Below are positions 37,297 through 46,456 of a stretch of 64,000 bases of DNA, piece by piece. This stretch comes from a virus: the IMG/VR virus record IMGVR_UViG_3300044946_000175, positions 32,001-96,000 of that record. One strand, written 5' to 3'. Made by a program: the position numbers and the translations under genes. Numbering within the stretch: the stretch's first letter is position 1; each line of letters begins with the position of its first letter. The notes beneath the pieces were generated by a model. The model ran no database searches. It saw only the letters and a list, made by a program, of their open reading frames with translations, and was not told the origin of the DNA.

Positions 37297-37607
37297 TTTG
37301 CCTTCACTGCAAGAAGACCGAAGCGACTAAACCGCGAGGACTCTGCTGGTTCTGTTACGCCGACAAAAATGTTCGGCGGCTTTACGCATCGAAAGTTCGA
37401 CGGGGAGTTGGTGCTGAGCATAAGATCCTCTGTGATTGTTGTGGACGATCTCCGAGAAACAACAAAACCATGAAGATGGAAGGCTGGATGGTGCGTTCGA
37501 TGCGGCAATATGGTTTTCCATCCCTGAATGAGACTTTCTGTCCCTCTTGCTTTAAAGAATTCGAATGGGGCGATTCTCTTACCAAAATCGTGGGAGTTCA
37601 AGCGTGA
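37293..37607 (+). CDS. Zn-finger protein
   Basis: CLHC...RGLC..CY, CDCC, CPSC. Confidence 0.65.
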   Translation: MICLHCKKTEATKPRGLCWFCYADKNVRRLYASKVRRGVGAEHKILCDCCGRSPRNNKTMKMEGWMVRSMRQYGFPSLNETFCPSCFKEFEWGDSLTKIVGVQA

Positions 37608-37852
37608 AAGACGAAATACCATCTGTTCTTTGCAGCGTAACACGCTCATATTCGTACAAACTTAATTGCGGCGGATATGAAACTCGTGATTTCTTCTGCT
37701 CGCAGACGTGCGAATGCCGCCTGGATGACGCCGAAGAGACGTCTCGCAAGGTGTATCAATTCTGCAAGAAGCAGGTGCTGGAGTCGGTCGAGGAATATTG
37801 CCGAGAGCACGACATGATGGATCATTTTCAGAAGAAAGAAGGCAGACGTTAA
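37604..37852 (+). CDS. Hypothetical protein
   Basis: VTRSYSYKLN.G.YE..DFFCSQ. Confidence 0.65.
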   Translation: MKDEIPSVLCSVTRSYSYKLNCGGYETRDFFCSQTCECRLDDAEETSRKVYQFCKKQVLESVEEYCREHDMMDHFQKKEGRR

Positions 37853-37854
37853 AC

Positions 37855-38739
37855 GTGCCAGCAATTCGCGATGTTTTGAAAGAACTTGGCATTCGTTTCT
37901 ACGAACACGGAGACTCTCCGTATGTATCTGAGGGATGGCTAGGAGCTAAATGTCCATACTGTGGACGAGGAGGCAAACCAGGACTTGGTATTCACTTGCA
38001 AAAGTTCTCCGTGTCTTGTTGGAAGTGCGGATCGGCAGGTAAGTGGCTCCCACGTGTGTTAGCAGACATGAGCGGTCAGTCGATTCCAGTCATCCTGAAC
38101 TTACTAGCCGGTCTGGATACTTTCATTCCAGGCGAGAAGCTCAAAACGACCGGTAAGTATGCTCCCCCGGCTGACGTAGGACCGCTACTTTCGGCGCATG
38201 AGCGGTATCTCAAAGACGAAAGAGGACTCGATCCTGATGAGATGGTGCGTGTTTGGGGATTGGGTGGAATTGGAATCAGTGCTGAGTATCAGTGGAGATT
38301 ATTTACGACGGTAACTTTACACAATCGACCGGTGAGTTGGTCAACCCGTGCAATTGGTAAAGTAGCGTCTGGGAAGTATCTCCATGCCAAACCGCATATG
38401 GAGAGTGTACCGATCAACGACACAATTTTCGGCATGGATTATGTGAAACATGCGGTTATTATCGTGGAAGGGTGGATGGATGTGATGGCTATCGGTCCTG
38501 GCGCGGGTGCCATTTATGGACTGAAAACCAGTACGGCACAATTACTGTCGTTTAGCAAAGTGCCGGTTAGATACATTGCTTTAGATGCCCAATCGTTTGC
38601 AAAAAGGCGAGCGGAAGAATTAGCCGCTAACCTGAGTTTATTTCCCGGTCGCACGGAATTGGTTACGCTGGAAACCGGAAAAGATCCGGCGGAGTGTTCT
38701 GAATCTGAGCGGAAGGAACTACGAAAACTACTGGAGTGA
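37855..38739 (+). CDS. DNA primase (Zn finger plus TOPRIM)
   Basis: CPYC/CWKC; IIVEG.MD.M; LDA; KDPAE. Confidence 0.85.
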   Translation: MPAIRDVLKELGIRFYEHGDSPYVSEGWLGAKCPYCGRGGKPGLGIHLQKFSVSCWKCGSAGKWLPRVLADMSGQSIPVILNLLAGLDTFIPGEKLKTTGKYAPPADVGPLLSAHERYLKDERGLDPDEMVRVWGLGGIGISAEYQWRLFTTVTLHNRPVSWSTRAIGKVASGKYLHAKPHMESVPINDTIFGMDYVKHAVIIVEGWMDVMAIGPGAGAIYGLKTSTAQLLSFSKVPVRYIALDAQSFAKRRAEELAANLSLFPGRTELVTLETGKDPAECSESERKELRKLLE

Positions 38740-38743
38740 GAAG

Positions 38744-39106
38744 ATGTGTTACATCGACTTGGAGCCATGCACGATCTGGAATGAAACCCACCACAAGGCG
38801 CGCAAGGAGCACACTTGTTCGTGCTGCGGACGCACCATCCGAGTCGGTGAATGCTACATGACTCACTTTTCGATCTTCGAGGGCGAGACGACTTCAGAGA
38901 AATGCTGTAATGACTGTGAGGAAGATCGACAAGTCTTTGCTGATGCTCATGAAGGAACGCTTTGTTCTCCAGGATGGTTAGAGAATTTGTTGAGGGATTG
39001 TATCTCTGACGGTGATGATGACACCGATCCGTGGAAGTTGATGCTAGGTCGCATCAAAAGCCGCACAAAACCCGACCCCCAGACTAGAGAGGTTGGAGTG
39101 CAATGA
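38744..39106 (+). CDS. Zn-ribbon phage protein
   Basis: KARKEH.C.CC...I..GE.Y. Confidence 0.75.
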   Translation: MCYIDLEPCTIWNETHHKARKEHTCSCCGRTIRVGECYMTHFSIFEGETTSEKCCNDCEEDRQVFADAHEGTLCSPGWLENLLRDCISDGDDDTDPWKLMLGRIKSRTKPDPQTREVGVQ

Positions 39107-39297
39107 CTGACGACGAAATCGATGGTTTAATCTATGAAGCTTTTCGTCAGTCTGGAGCATTAATTCCTCAGACTATTGCAGAAGTGGAACAGGCGGAAAA
39201 GGAGATGGAGGGAATTGAAATCGAACTTCCTGAATCCCTTCGCGATCCAGAAGCCGTTTGGAATAGAATACAGACTAAAAGACAAAATAATGAATGA
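39103..39297 (+). CDS. Small acidic protein
   Basis: Coupled ORF. Confidence 0.6.
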   Translation: MTDDEIDGLIYEAFRQSGALIPQTIAEVEQAEKEMEGIEIELPESLRDPEAVWNRIQTKRQNNE

Positions 39298-40072
39298 TTT
39301 CTTCTCACCTACTGCCAGTCCAAATGACCGCCAAAAGAAAAAAGGCCATTTTGTCTTCCATCCTGGTGAGAAGCAGCCTGACAAGATGCGACGGGCCTTG
39401 GAGGAGATCGACACGACGCGGGCCAAGAAATTGCGCGACTTCGCGAGAAAACAGGGATGGTTTGTACAGTCTGGAGATCAGCACTGGGAAGAGCCGCTCG
39501 CTTCGCTCCGGATTGGTCTTGAGGATTCGGATCGAATCGATGTGATTCTGGACTGGTACATTGGCTGGTGGAAGGCAGGTAAGTATCCGGAGGTCAAGAC
39601 CGGACAGCAATTGAAGAACGTTTGGAACTGGTTGTCGGATCTGTTCAACGAGCACAACGCGGCGAGCATTGAGATTTCCGCGACTGCCAGGCGCATTTGT
39701 ACGACGCTCAACCGCTCCGCGCACGACGAACGATTGGTCGTGGCCGTGCAGCAATCTCTGAACAACTATACCGCATTCCGTGACAAATTATTTTCTGTGA
39801 TGAAGAAAAGAGGCGATATAGCAGATAGGGAAATGCGCACGGACTCGGTGGCAATCCGGCTCAAAATGCTCTTGTCCGGAAATTCCCTGCCCGACGCGCG
39901 GATGTTCGTGATGGAGTGGTTTCGGGCGATTCTGAACCGGTGTCCGGACTTCGACGGGAACTGGAAGCGCCTTGTCGTGTCCGAAATAAATGATCGATTC
40001 ATGGGTCGTGTGAGGTTTTTGCTTGGTGAGCACGCCAAGCAGGTTTTAATGGAAGTAGAAGGCAAAACATGA
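39290..40072 (+). CDS. Hypothetical protein in the replication block
   Basis: 260 aa between primase and helicase. Confidence 0.65.
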   Translation: MNDFFSPTASPNDRQKKKGHFVFHPGEKQPDKMRRALEEIDTTRAKKLRDFARKQGWFVQSGDQHWEEPLASLRIGLEDSDRIDVILDWYIGWWKAGKYPEVKTGQQLKNVWNWLSDLFNEHNAASIEISATARRICTTLNRSAHDERLVVAVQQSLNNYTAFRDKLFSVMKKRGDIADREMRTDSVAIRLKMLLSGNSLPDARMFVMEWFRAILNRCPDFDGNWKRLVVSEINDRFMGRVRFLLGEHAKQVLMEVEGKT

Positions 40073-40287
40073 AATATTATTATTGGGGAAGACCGATGGA
40101 GTCGAAGAAGTTTCACATCTTTCCGGAACCGAACTTTTCTACGTCCCTTTGCGGCAAGTGGATGTTGACTCCGGACAAGGAGCAGCCCAAAACAGAAGTC
40201 ATCTGCGAAGCAACGAAGGAAGATTGCAAAGAATGTGTCAAGCGATTTAACAAGATGATTGAAAAGGCAAGTAAGGAATCTGCCTGA
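40069..40287 (+). CDS. Small Zn-binding protein
   Basis: KFH......SLCG......CKEC. Confidence 0.65.
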   Translation: MKYYYWGRPMESKKFHIFPEPNFSTSLCGKWMLTPDKEQPKTEVICEATKEDCKECVKRFNKMIEKASKESA

Positions 40288-41681
40288 TGAAAGTGCAGCA
40301 AGTCGATAGCTCGCCCGACCGTATGATTCTGGTCGCTATGATTACATCGACGGCTGTTCTGGCAGGTGTTGCAAGCAAGTGGGACGGCAAACTGTTCGCA
40401 TCGACATGGGCCAACAAGATCGCCGGTTGGGCGGTCGAGCATTTTAAAAAGCACCAGCAAGCGCCAGACAGTTCCATCACGGTCTATTTCGAAGAGTGGG
40501 CAGCTAGTAATGGGAGCGACAAGGACAATATAGAGTCGATCAGTTCGCTTCTTGCCTACCTCTCTCGTGAGGGTTTTAAGGCTCAGCACAACCATACTCC
40601 TGACTTCGTGCTCGACATTGCCGCCAAGCACTTCACTCGCAACCGGATCGCCGCGACCAACCGAGCCGCAGAAGCCGATCTGGAGATGAATGAGGTTGAC
40701 CGCGCGGCCAAACGAATATCAGAGTTTAGAAAAATCGAGATGGGAAATGGTGTATACGACACTTTTGGGTCTGAATCACTCATTCAGGAGTTGTTCGCGG
40801 TCAGGGCCGAGCCGCTCATTAAGTGGAAATCGAAGGCAATTAATAACTTCTTCGACACATCACTGGAGCGGGATGGGTTCCTTGCTTTTTGGGGAAAGAA
40901 CAAAGTCGGAAAGTCATATTTCCTTTTGAATATAGCATGGCAGGCGTACATCCAAGGATTGAAGGTGGCCTACTTTGTTGTGGGGGATATGAGCAGACTT
41001 CAGGTATGGCCTCGTTTGATTGAGCGCGCCGCGAGACGATCCATGCGAGTCGATCCTCATGGGTGGGACTTGCCTATCGAGATTGAAAACGTCGGACGGG
41101 AACTGCCGATTGTCAAGTACGATAAGCGGCACGCCGAAGCGGATATGACGCCGGATGATTGTTTGGAATTGTTCGGTCGAGTCAGGGAGCGGTTCGGGAC
41201 TGGCTTGCGAGTGAGAACATGGCCTTCACTATCGGTTTCCATTCACGGTCTAGAAGCGGAACTCTCGGCATGGGAATATGATAACTTTCAAATTGATGTT
41301 GCGGTAATCGACCATGCCGATAATCTTGCTCCAGTATCGAACGAAAAAGGAGCCGACAAGAGAGATCAGATTTATACCACCTGGAAGTTGATGCGTGCCA
41401 TGTCCCAACGTCGGCATGCTTTGGTAGTCACCGCAAGTCAGGCCGATACTAAGTCATTTCATGCCAGGATACTTACACGAGATAATTTTTCAGATGATCG
41501 GCGCAAACTTGATGACGTGACGGGCACTATTGGCATCAACCAAACGGACGAGGAGAAGATAGCTAATCTCTATCGGCTGAATTGGATAAATGGACGTACA
41601 CTCCGTTTTGCGGAAACGGAGTGTTTGTGGTTGGCTTCGTGCCTACCGATTGCGGACCCAATGGCGATTGGGACGTTCTGA
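40287..41681 (+). CDS. DnaB-like replicative helicase
   Basis: Walker A GKNKVGKS, Walker B VAVIDHAD, VVTASQ. Confidence 0.85.
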   Translation: MKVQQVDSSPDRMILVAMITSTAVLAGVASKWDGKLFASTWANKIAGWAVEHFKKHQQAPDSSITVYFEEWAASNGSDKDNIESISSLLAYLSREGFKAQHNHTPDFVLDIAAKHFTRNRIAATNRAAEADLEMNEVDRAAKRISEFRKIEMGNGVYDTFGSESLIQELFAVRAEPLIKWKSKAINNFFDTSLERDGFLAFWGKNKVGKSYFLLNIAWQAYIQGLKVAYFVVGDMSRLQVWPRLIERAARRSMRVDPHGWDLPIEIENVGRELPIVKYDKRHAEADMTPDDCLELFGRVRERFGTGLRVRTWPSLSVSIHGLEAELSAWEYDNFQIDVAVIDHADNLAPVSNEKGADKRDQIYTTWKLMRAMSQRRHALVVTASQADTKSFHARILTRDNFSDDRRKLDDVTGTIGINQTDEEKIANLYRLNWINGRTLRFAETECLWLASCLPIADPMAIGTF

Positions 41682-41779
41682 ACCGGCAAACCGAGTTCGC
41701 GGCGCGCCTCCACTTCTGACAGAAATGGATTTTCTGCCAAAAGACGAAGTAACAGGTATTCTTTCTTCTTTTTGTCCAT
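41570..41779 (-). CDS. Possible small divergent protein
   Basis: MDKKKKEYLLLRLLAENPFLSEVEARRELG; AAGGCAAAGA upstream on the - strand; overlaps the helicase end. Confidence 0.35.
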   Translation of the reverse strand: MDKKKKEYLLLRLLAENPFLSEVEARRELGLPVQNVPIAIGSAIGRHEANHKHSVSAKRSVRPFIQFSR

Positions 41780-41866
41780 GATGTCTTTGCCTTTTCGGGC
41801 AATACGTCGATATGATGTAGTATAGGGTTGGTACGTGTACGTTTACAATGTCAAATGGTAAGCAAA

Positions 41867-42694
41867 ATGTTTCCTGTCGATAAGAAAGCTCTCGTCGAAC
41901 TCCTCACCTCACTTGGGGTGGACACCGCCAAGGACTGGGATGTTCAAGTCCTTCAAGAAAAGGTGAATACCAATGGGATTACTTACTACTTGCCTTCGAC
42001 TGGTCTTCCGGAGTTGGATGCCGATGCGAAATTTTTGCTAGGCGAGTGTATGGAGCGGCAGAGTCGAGGAGAAAAACTGGAGGTGATCGCCGATCCTCTC
42101 GCGTACATCTCTCAACCAGTCTCAACTTCTGTTTCGTCGGAGCCAGAGAAGACAGCGGAAGCTGAAGATGTGACGGGTTCACTATCGACGGAAACGAACA
42201 CAGAAGCGATTTCCGGGCAGGCCGATGTTCTTCCTGGTCCAGAACCTTTTCCGCCTCCCGCCAAGCAAAAAAAGCAGCGCACTTCGCGAGAGCCTGCGAA
42301 AGAACGTAAGTCGAAACCACACAAGACACAGAAGAAAGCAAAGAAGTGGAAGCCAAAAATACTCTCCGTGACTGATCGCGGTGCGGGAGTGACTCGTACG
42401 ATTATCGAGGAACTCCAGAAGGCAGGCAAGGAAGGTAAGCCGATCACCAAGAGCAAGCTGTTGAAGATAATGGTGAAGGCATTTCCGAATCGGCCAGACG
42501 GCGAAAAAAAGATGAAGACAACTATCGACAACTTGTTGGGGTCGAAGCTGAAGTCGCAGTACGGAATCGATGTCCAAAAGACGAAAACACTGACAAAAGT
42601 GAATAACCGTTGCGCGAATTGCGGCCACAAAGTCGTTATGAAACGAGGAGAGCGTCAATATTGGATTGACACCAAAGGACGCCAAGTTGGGTGA
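41867..42694 (+). CDS. Hypothetical protein with basic, putative DNA-binding C-terminus
   Basis: Acidic linker, Lys-rich region, winged-helix-like segment with CANC. Confidence 0.65.
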   Translation: MFPVDKKALVELLTSLGVDTAKDWDVQVLQEKVNTNGITYYLPSTGLPELDADAKFLLGECMERQSRGEKLEVIADPLAYISQPVSTSVSSEPEKTAEAEDVTGSLSTETNTEAISGQADVLPGPEPFPPPAKQKKQRTSREPAKERKSKPHKTQKKAKKWKPKILSVTDRGAGVTRTIIEELQKAGKEGKPITKSKLLKIMVKAFPNRPDGEKKMKTTIDNLLGSKLKSQYGIDVQKTKTLTKVNNRCANCGHKVVMKRGERQYWIDTKGRQVG

Positions 42695-42697
42695 GTA

Positions 42698-42806
42698 TTT
42701 CGGGACCGGTGGATGGCTAGGCTCTCGTCGTGTGAAGCCGAGAGCAGCCTGAAACGGTCGAAGACTGTCACACGGCACCACCGGTCCCGGAACTTTTTAT
42801 TTTTTC
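42698..42806 (+). ncRNA. Candidate pseudoknotted RNA followed by a U tract
   Basis: Perfect 12-bp closing stem, two internal stems, 7-bp loop-to-junction pairing. Confidence 0.55.
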
Positions 42807-42827
42807 GTTCGCGTCTTCATGTCAAAT

Positions 42828-42843
42828 CAGGCGATACAGTAAG
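42828..42843 (+). promoter_or_regulatory. Class-2 motif CAGGCGATACAGTAA
   Basis: Recurs at 34635, 47939, 50320, 54201 and 63155. Confidence 0.65.
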
Positions 42844-42878
42844 ACAGAGCCACCCCCAAACCATCGGTCATTCTCGTC

Positions 42879-44009
42879 ATGAAAATAGTCAGAGAAACTC
42901 TCCTAAATTGCCTCAATCAAGTATCTGCTGGCTTATCCAGTCGAGACCTCGCGGAGCAAACTTCTTCCTTCATCTTCCAGCCTCCATTCGTTATCACATT
43001 CAACGATGAAATATCAGTCCGGATGAAACTAGAGGAGCTTGATGGGGTCGAGGGAGCCGTGAGAGCCAAGCCTCTCCTGGCCGCACTCACCAACATGAGT
43101 CACGAAGAAATCGACGTGACCACCGATGAGAAAAACCTCATCATCAAGGCTCCTCGTACGAAGGTGCAGATTCGCAGGGAACCGCAGGCCGATCCCTCCC
43201 CTATCGACGCCATCAAACCGCCAGCAAAGAAAGCATACGGTGACCTGCCCGAGCATTTCGGTACTGCTGTAGAGCAAGTGTGCAGTGTGACGAGCAGCAG
43301 CAATGATCAGGAATTCTTCACGGTCGCGGTACACCTCACCAAGGGATGGATCGAGGGATCAGACCGCAAGCAGTTCTGTCGCTATACGATGGATCTGCCT
43401 CTATCTGGATCGTTCCTGGTCCGCTCCAAGAGCCTGAAGCATCTGGCCGGACTGGACGTGACGCGCGTGGCGGAGAATGGGGACTGGCTGCACTTCCGCA
43501 ATCAGACGTTGATCTTCTCCGTGCGACGGCATATCAGCAGCGGTTATCCAGACTTGACCAGGAATCTCTCATTTCGCGGCGCGAAGACTGTGCTCCCCAA
43601 GGGCGGCATTCCGGCGGCGAAACTGGCAGCGGCATTTAGCAGCGAAAACAAAGACAACGACCGCGTCCAGGTGCAGTTGAGCGACGGAAAGATGGTTGTG
43701 GTGGGACTGAGCGCCCACGGGCAGGCAGAGACGACACTGGAATGTGGTTACACAGGAGGGCAGGTGTCGTTCTGGATCGCTCCGAAAGCACTCGTGCGAC
43801 TCATAGAGGACTTCAACGATTGCGAGATTGCGCCAGAAGGTAGACTTTCGGTATTTGGTGAGGGGTGGGTGTACAGCGCGGCGCTCAGCAAGGACAAGGA
43901 AGAGAAAAAGGACGAGAAGGCAAAAGATAAGAAACAAGCTGCACTTCCGATGACTGAAGAGTTTGAGAACTCGGAAGAGGAATTGGAAGAAACAGAACCT
44001 CCATATTGA
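42879..44009 (+). CDS. dnaN: DNA polymerase III beta clamp-like protein
   Basis: MKIVRETLLNCL..V, ITFNDEI, GSDR, GYPD; three-domain length; acidic tail. Confidence 0.8.
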   Translation: MKIVRETLLNCLNQVSAGLSSRDLAEQTSSFIFQPPFVITFNDEISVRMKLEELDGVEGAVRAKPLLAALTNMSHEEIDVTTDEKNLIIKAPRTKVQIRREPQADPSPIDAIKPPAKKAYGDLPEHFGTAVEQVCSVTSSSNDQEFFTVAVHLTKGWIEGSDRKQFCRYTMDLPLSGSFLVRSKSLKHLAGLDVTRVAENGDWLHFRNQTLIFSVRRHISSGYPDLTRNLSFRGAKTVLPKGGIPAAKLAAAFSSENKDNDRVQVQLSDGKMVVVGLSAHGQAETTLECGYTGGQVSFWIAPKALVRLIEDFNDCEIAPEGRLSVFGEGWVYSAALSKDKEEKKDEKAKDKKQAALPMTEEFENSEEELEETEPPY

Positions 44010-44020
44010 AAGGCAAGCTA

Positions 44021-44491
44021 ATGTTTGGTACATCTGCTAACGCGATTGATCGGTTTGATGAGATTTTGGGTAATGCTGAAGCCGAAATGCAAACTGGTTG
44101 TTTGTCTTTAGACACGTTTTTGCTTTTACAGCGGTTGTGGTCCGCACGAACATTTGGACCACAATCGCATCGTGGGCCAATGGGACCATTGAAGCATCTG
44201 AAAAAGGAAGTTGAGGAGGCTTTGAATTCCGTTGCGACTACCGTTAATGCTGCAAGTCCACAAGATGCAGCAGACTGTCGAGAAATTCAGATTGAAGAAC
44301 TGGCTGACTGTTTTTTCCTGGTCGTCGATGCAGTCTGGCGTTCTGGAGTCAGTCCGGTGGAGTTTCGGCAAGCACTGACGACCAAGCTCATCAAGAATCG
44401 AAACAGAGCGTGGCCCGACTGGAGAGAGAAGGACGCTAACGATGCAATTGAGCATGTGAGGAATGAGAATGACGTCGGTGATGGAATATGA
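44021..44491 (+). CDS. DUF550/MazG-like dNTP pyrophosphohydrolase
   Basis: WS..TFGP...GPLKHLKKEVEE, E.ADC.FL..DA..R.G, K...N..R.WPDW. Confidence 0.8.
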   Translation: MFGTSANAIDRFDEILGNAEAEMQTGCLSLDTFLLLQRLWSARTFGPQSHRGPMGPLKHLKKEVEEALNSVATTVNAASPQDAADCREIQIEELADCFFLVVDAVWRSGVSPVEFRQALTTKLIKNRNRAWPDWREKDANDAIEHVRNENDVGDGI

Positions 44492-45717
44492 GCGACGGCG
44501 AGTTCTTCTCCCGGTCGGAAGCCATGAAGTTCCGGCCTTCTGTTTCACTCATTCCGGCATGTGAAAGGTGTCAGCTTTTTCGGCGCGGGTGTGTGACACC
44601 TAAGATGCCGACTTCAGGACGTGGTGAAAAGAAAATCCTCATCGTGGGAGATCACCCCGGCGAATCCGAAGATCGAGAGGGCAAGCAGTTTGTTGGTCGT
44701 TCTGGACAATACCTGCGTGGCATCCTCTACGACTGTGGTCTGGACCCCAATCGCGATTGCGTGTTCACCAATGCTACTATATGCTATTCTTCTGACATTC
44801 GTGAGCATAAGACTGCCCTTCAGGACTGTCTGCCGAATCTGCTGAAGACGATTCGCGTGCATCAGCCGGAAATAATTCTACTCTTGGGTTTGGAAGCCGT
44901 ATCGAGTCTTGTCTCTCACCTGTGGGGAGAGAGTGTAGGAGATTCGATAGCCAAGTGGGTCGGGTGGAGGATTCCGGTACGTTCAAATAATACTTGGGTG
45001 TGTTGTTCGTGGAACCCTGCTTACATCATTCGGGATCGAGATAGCGGTAAGCAGAACAGGGCTTTAGAATTACACTTCAAGCGGCACATAAGAGAGGCGC
45101 TGGCTTTGTCTGGACGTCCTTGGCCGAATGGTGCGCCTGACTATGCCAAACAGATCGAGATAATTCTGGACCCGGTGGAGGCTGCACAGCGACTCGCAGG
45201 GTACGCGATGGCACCAGCCATCGCGTTTGATTTTGAAACGACAACACTAAAACCTCAAGGACAGCACGCGGAGATAGTTTGTTGCGGCATCAGTGACGGC
45301 AAAGAAACAATTGCCTTTCCGTGGTGTGCGGCAACAAGAGACGCCATGAAGTCGATACTCGAAGATTCTAATATTGGTAAGATCGGCGCAAATTCAGGAT
45401 TCGAGCATGTTTGGGCGGCAGAACAGGCTGATATTCAAATACAAGGATGGTTGTGGGACTGTTGTTTAGACTCACATCTGCTTGACGCACGGGCAGGAAT
45501 TACGAATGTTGCTTTTCAGGCGTGGTGTCGTCTTGGAGTCGAATCTTATTGGCATCACATTGCGCCATTTCTTGAATCAAAAGAAAGTGGCGGGAATTCT
45601 CCTAACAGAATTCGGGAAGTGAATCCTTACGATCTTGCTTTATATTGTGGCCAAGACGCACTTATTGAATGGGGTATAGCCATGAGTCAAATGAAAGAAA
45701 TGGGGGTCGAGATATGA
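44488..45717 (+). CDS. Uracil-DNA glycosylase-like (family 4) plus 3'-5' exonuclease; N-terminal part of a split DNA polymerase
   Basis: CxxC.L, IVGDHPG..ED..G.QFVG.SG, TNA.IC, NPAYI.R; FDFETT ExoI, Y...DA ExoIII. Confidence 0.85.
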   Translation: MSDGEFFSRSEAMKFRPSVSLIPACERCQLFRRGCVTPKMPTSGRGEKKILIVGDHPGESEDREGKQFVGRSGQYLRGILYDCGLDPNRDCVFTNATICYSSDIREHKTALQDCLPNLLKTIRVHQPEIILLLGLEAVSSLVSHLWGESVGDSIAKWVGWRIPVRSNNTWVCCSWNPAYIIRDRDSGKQNRALELHFKRHIREALALSGRPWPNGAPDYAKQIEIILDPVEAAQRLAGYAMAPAIAFDFETTTLKPQGQHAEIVCCGISDGKETIAFPWCAATRDAMKSILEDSNIGKIGANSGFEHVWAAEQADIQIQGWLWDCCLDSHLLDARAGITNVAFQAWCRLGVESYWHHIAPFLESKESGGNSPNRIREVNPYDLALYCGQDALIEWGIAMSQMKEMGVEI

Positions 45718-46454
45718 ACAGCAGCGAACGATGTGGAACTTGTCCGGACCCAGACGCCAGCGAGATTCAGGCCATAGAAATCAGTTTTGCGATTCCGGTC
45801 TTTATGACTCAGGACCAGCAAGGACGATTGATTCGTCTCGTCGATGACATTATCGATCAGCCGTGGAATGAACCGCTGGAAGGCGTCCACTGGATGGCAG
45901 AGGTCGGCGCAAAACCGAACTGGTCGCAGATCGATGCTGCACTGCTCGAAAAGCCAGTCGATCCGAATGCCCCCGCGACTGGCGAGCCGACTTTCGATGA
46001 CAGTGTATTTAGTATTGGAAGTTGCGCTCGTGGATTTGTGAGTGAAAAGGAAAGAGATCAAGTGCTTGAGCGAAGGACCAAACCAAAGCGGGAATTGGTC
46101 CAGGCTGAGGCTCTGGCAAAGTTGTTTTATGAAGCATATGGTCGCAATGCTCCAACGCCGACTTTTGAGGATAGTATGGGTCTCGTGCATAGTGCGACTG
46201 TTATTCCGTGGGAGGGAATTTCTGAAGATCACAAGGATTTGATGATTGCGGCTTGTAAGGAGATTCAGGTGGAGTTGGATCGAATTGCTTCGGAGAAGTG
46301 GAGGCGCAGACGGAAAAAGGAAGACGAAAGAGTTGCCGCTTTACGGGCGATTTTTAAGTGGTGCGATGCGGACGATGAGACACCACAAGGCCAATGTATA
46401 TTTGAGATTGAGCGTCTGGCGAAGGCTGCATTAGGCATACCGGAAGTAGGTTGA
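45714..46454 (+). CDS. Hypothetical protein inserted between the polymerase halves
   Basis: ATGA-coupled upstream; abuts the polymerase start downstream. Confidence 0.7.
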   Translation: MNSSERCGTCPDPDASEIQAIEISFAIPVFMTQDQQGRLIRLVDDIIDQPWNEPLEGVHWMAEVGAKPNWSQIDAALLEKPVDPNAPATGEPTFDDSVFSIGSCARGFVSEKERDQVLERRTKPKRELVQAEALAKLFYEAYGRNAPTPTFEDSMGLVHSATVIPWEGISEDHKDLMIAACKEIQVELDRIASEKWRRRRKKEDERVAALRAIFKWCDADDETPQGQCIFEIERLAKAALGIPEVG

Positions 46455-46456
46455 GT

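Noticed and set aside
42727-42776. Canonical hammerhead ribozyme
   Set aside because: A GAAAC-stem-GUC arrangement is present but the CUGANGA core is missing; kept only as an unknown structured RNA.
45714-46454. Intron or intein interrupting the DNA polymerase
   Set aside because: No intein termini, no LAGLIDADG/HNH motifs, and no non-coding room for an intron core; the genes are tightly coupled.
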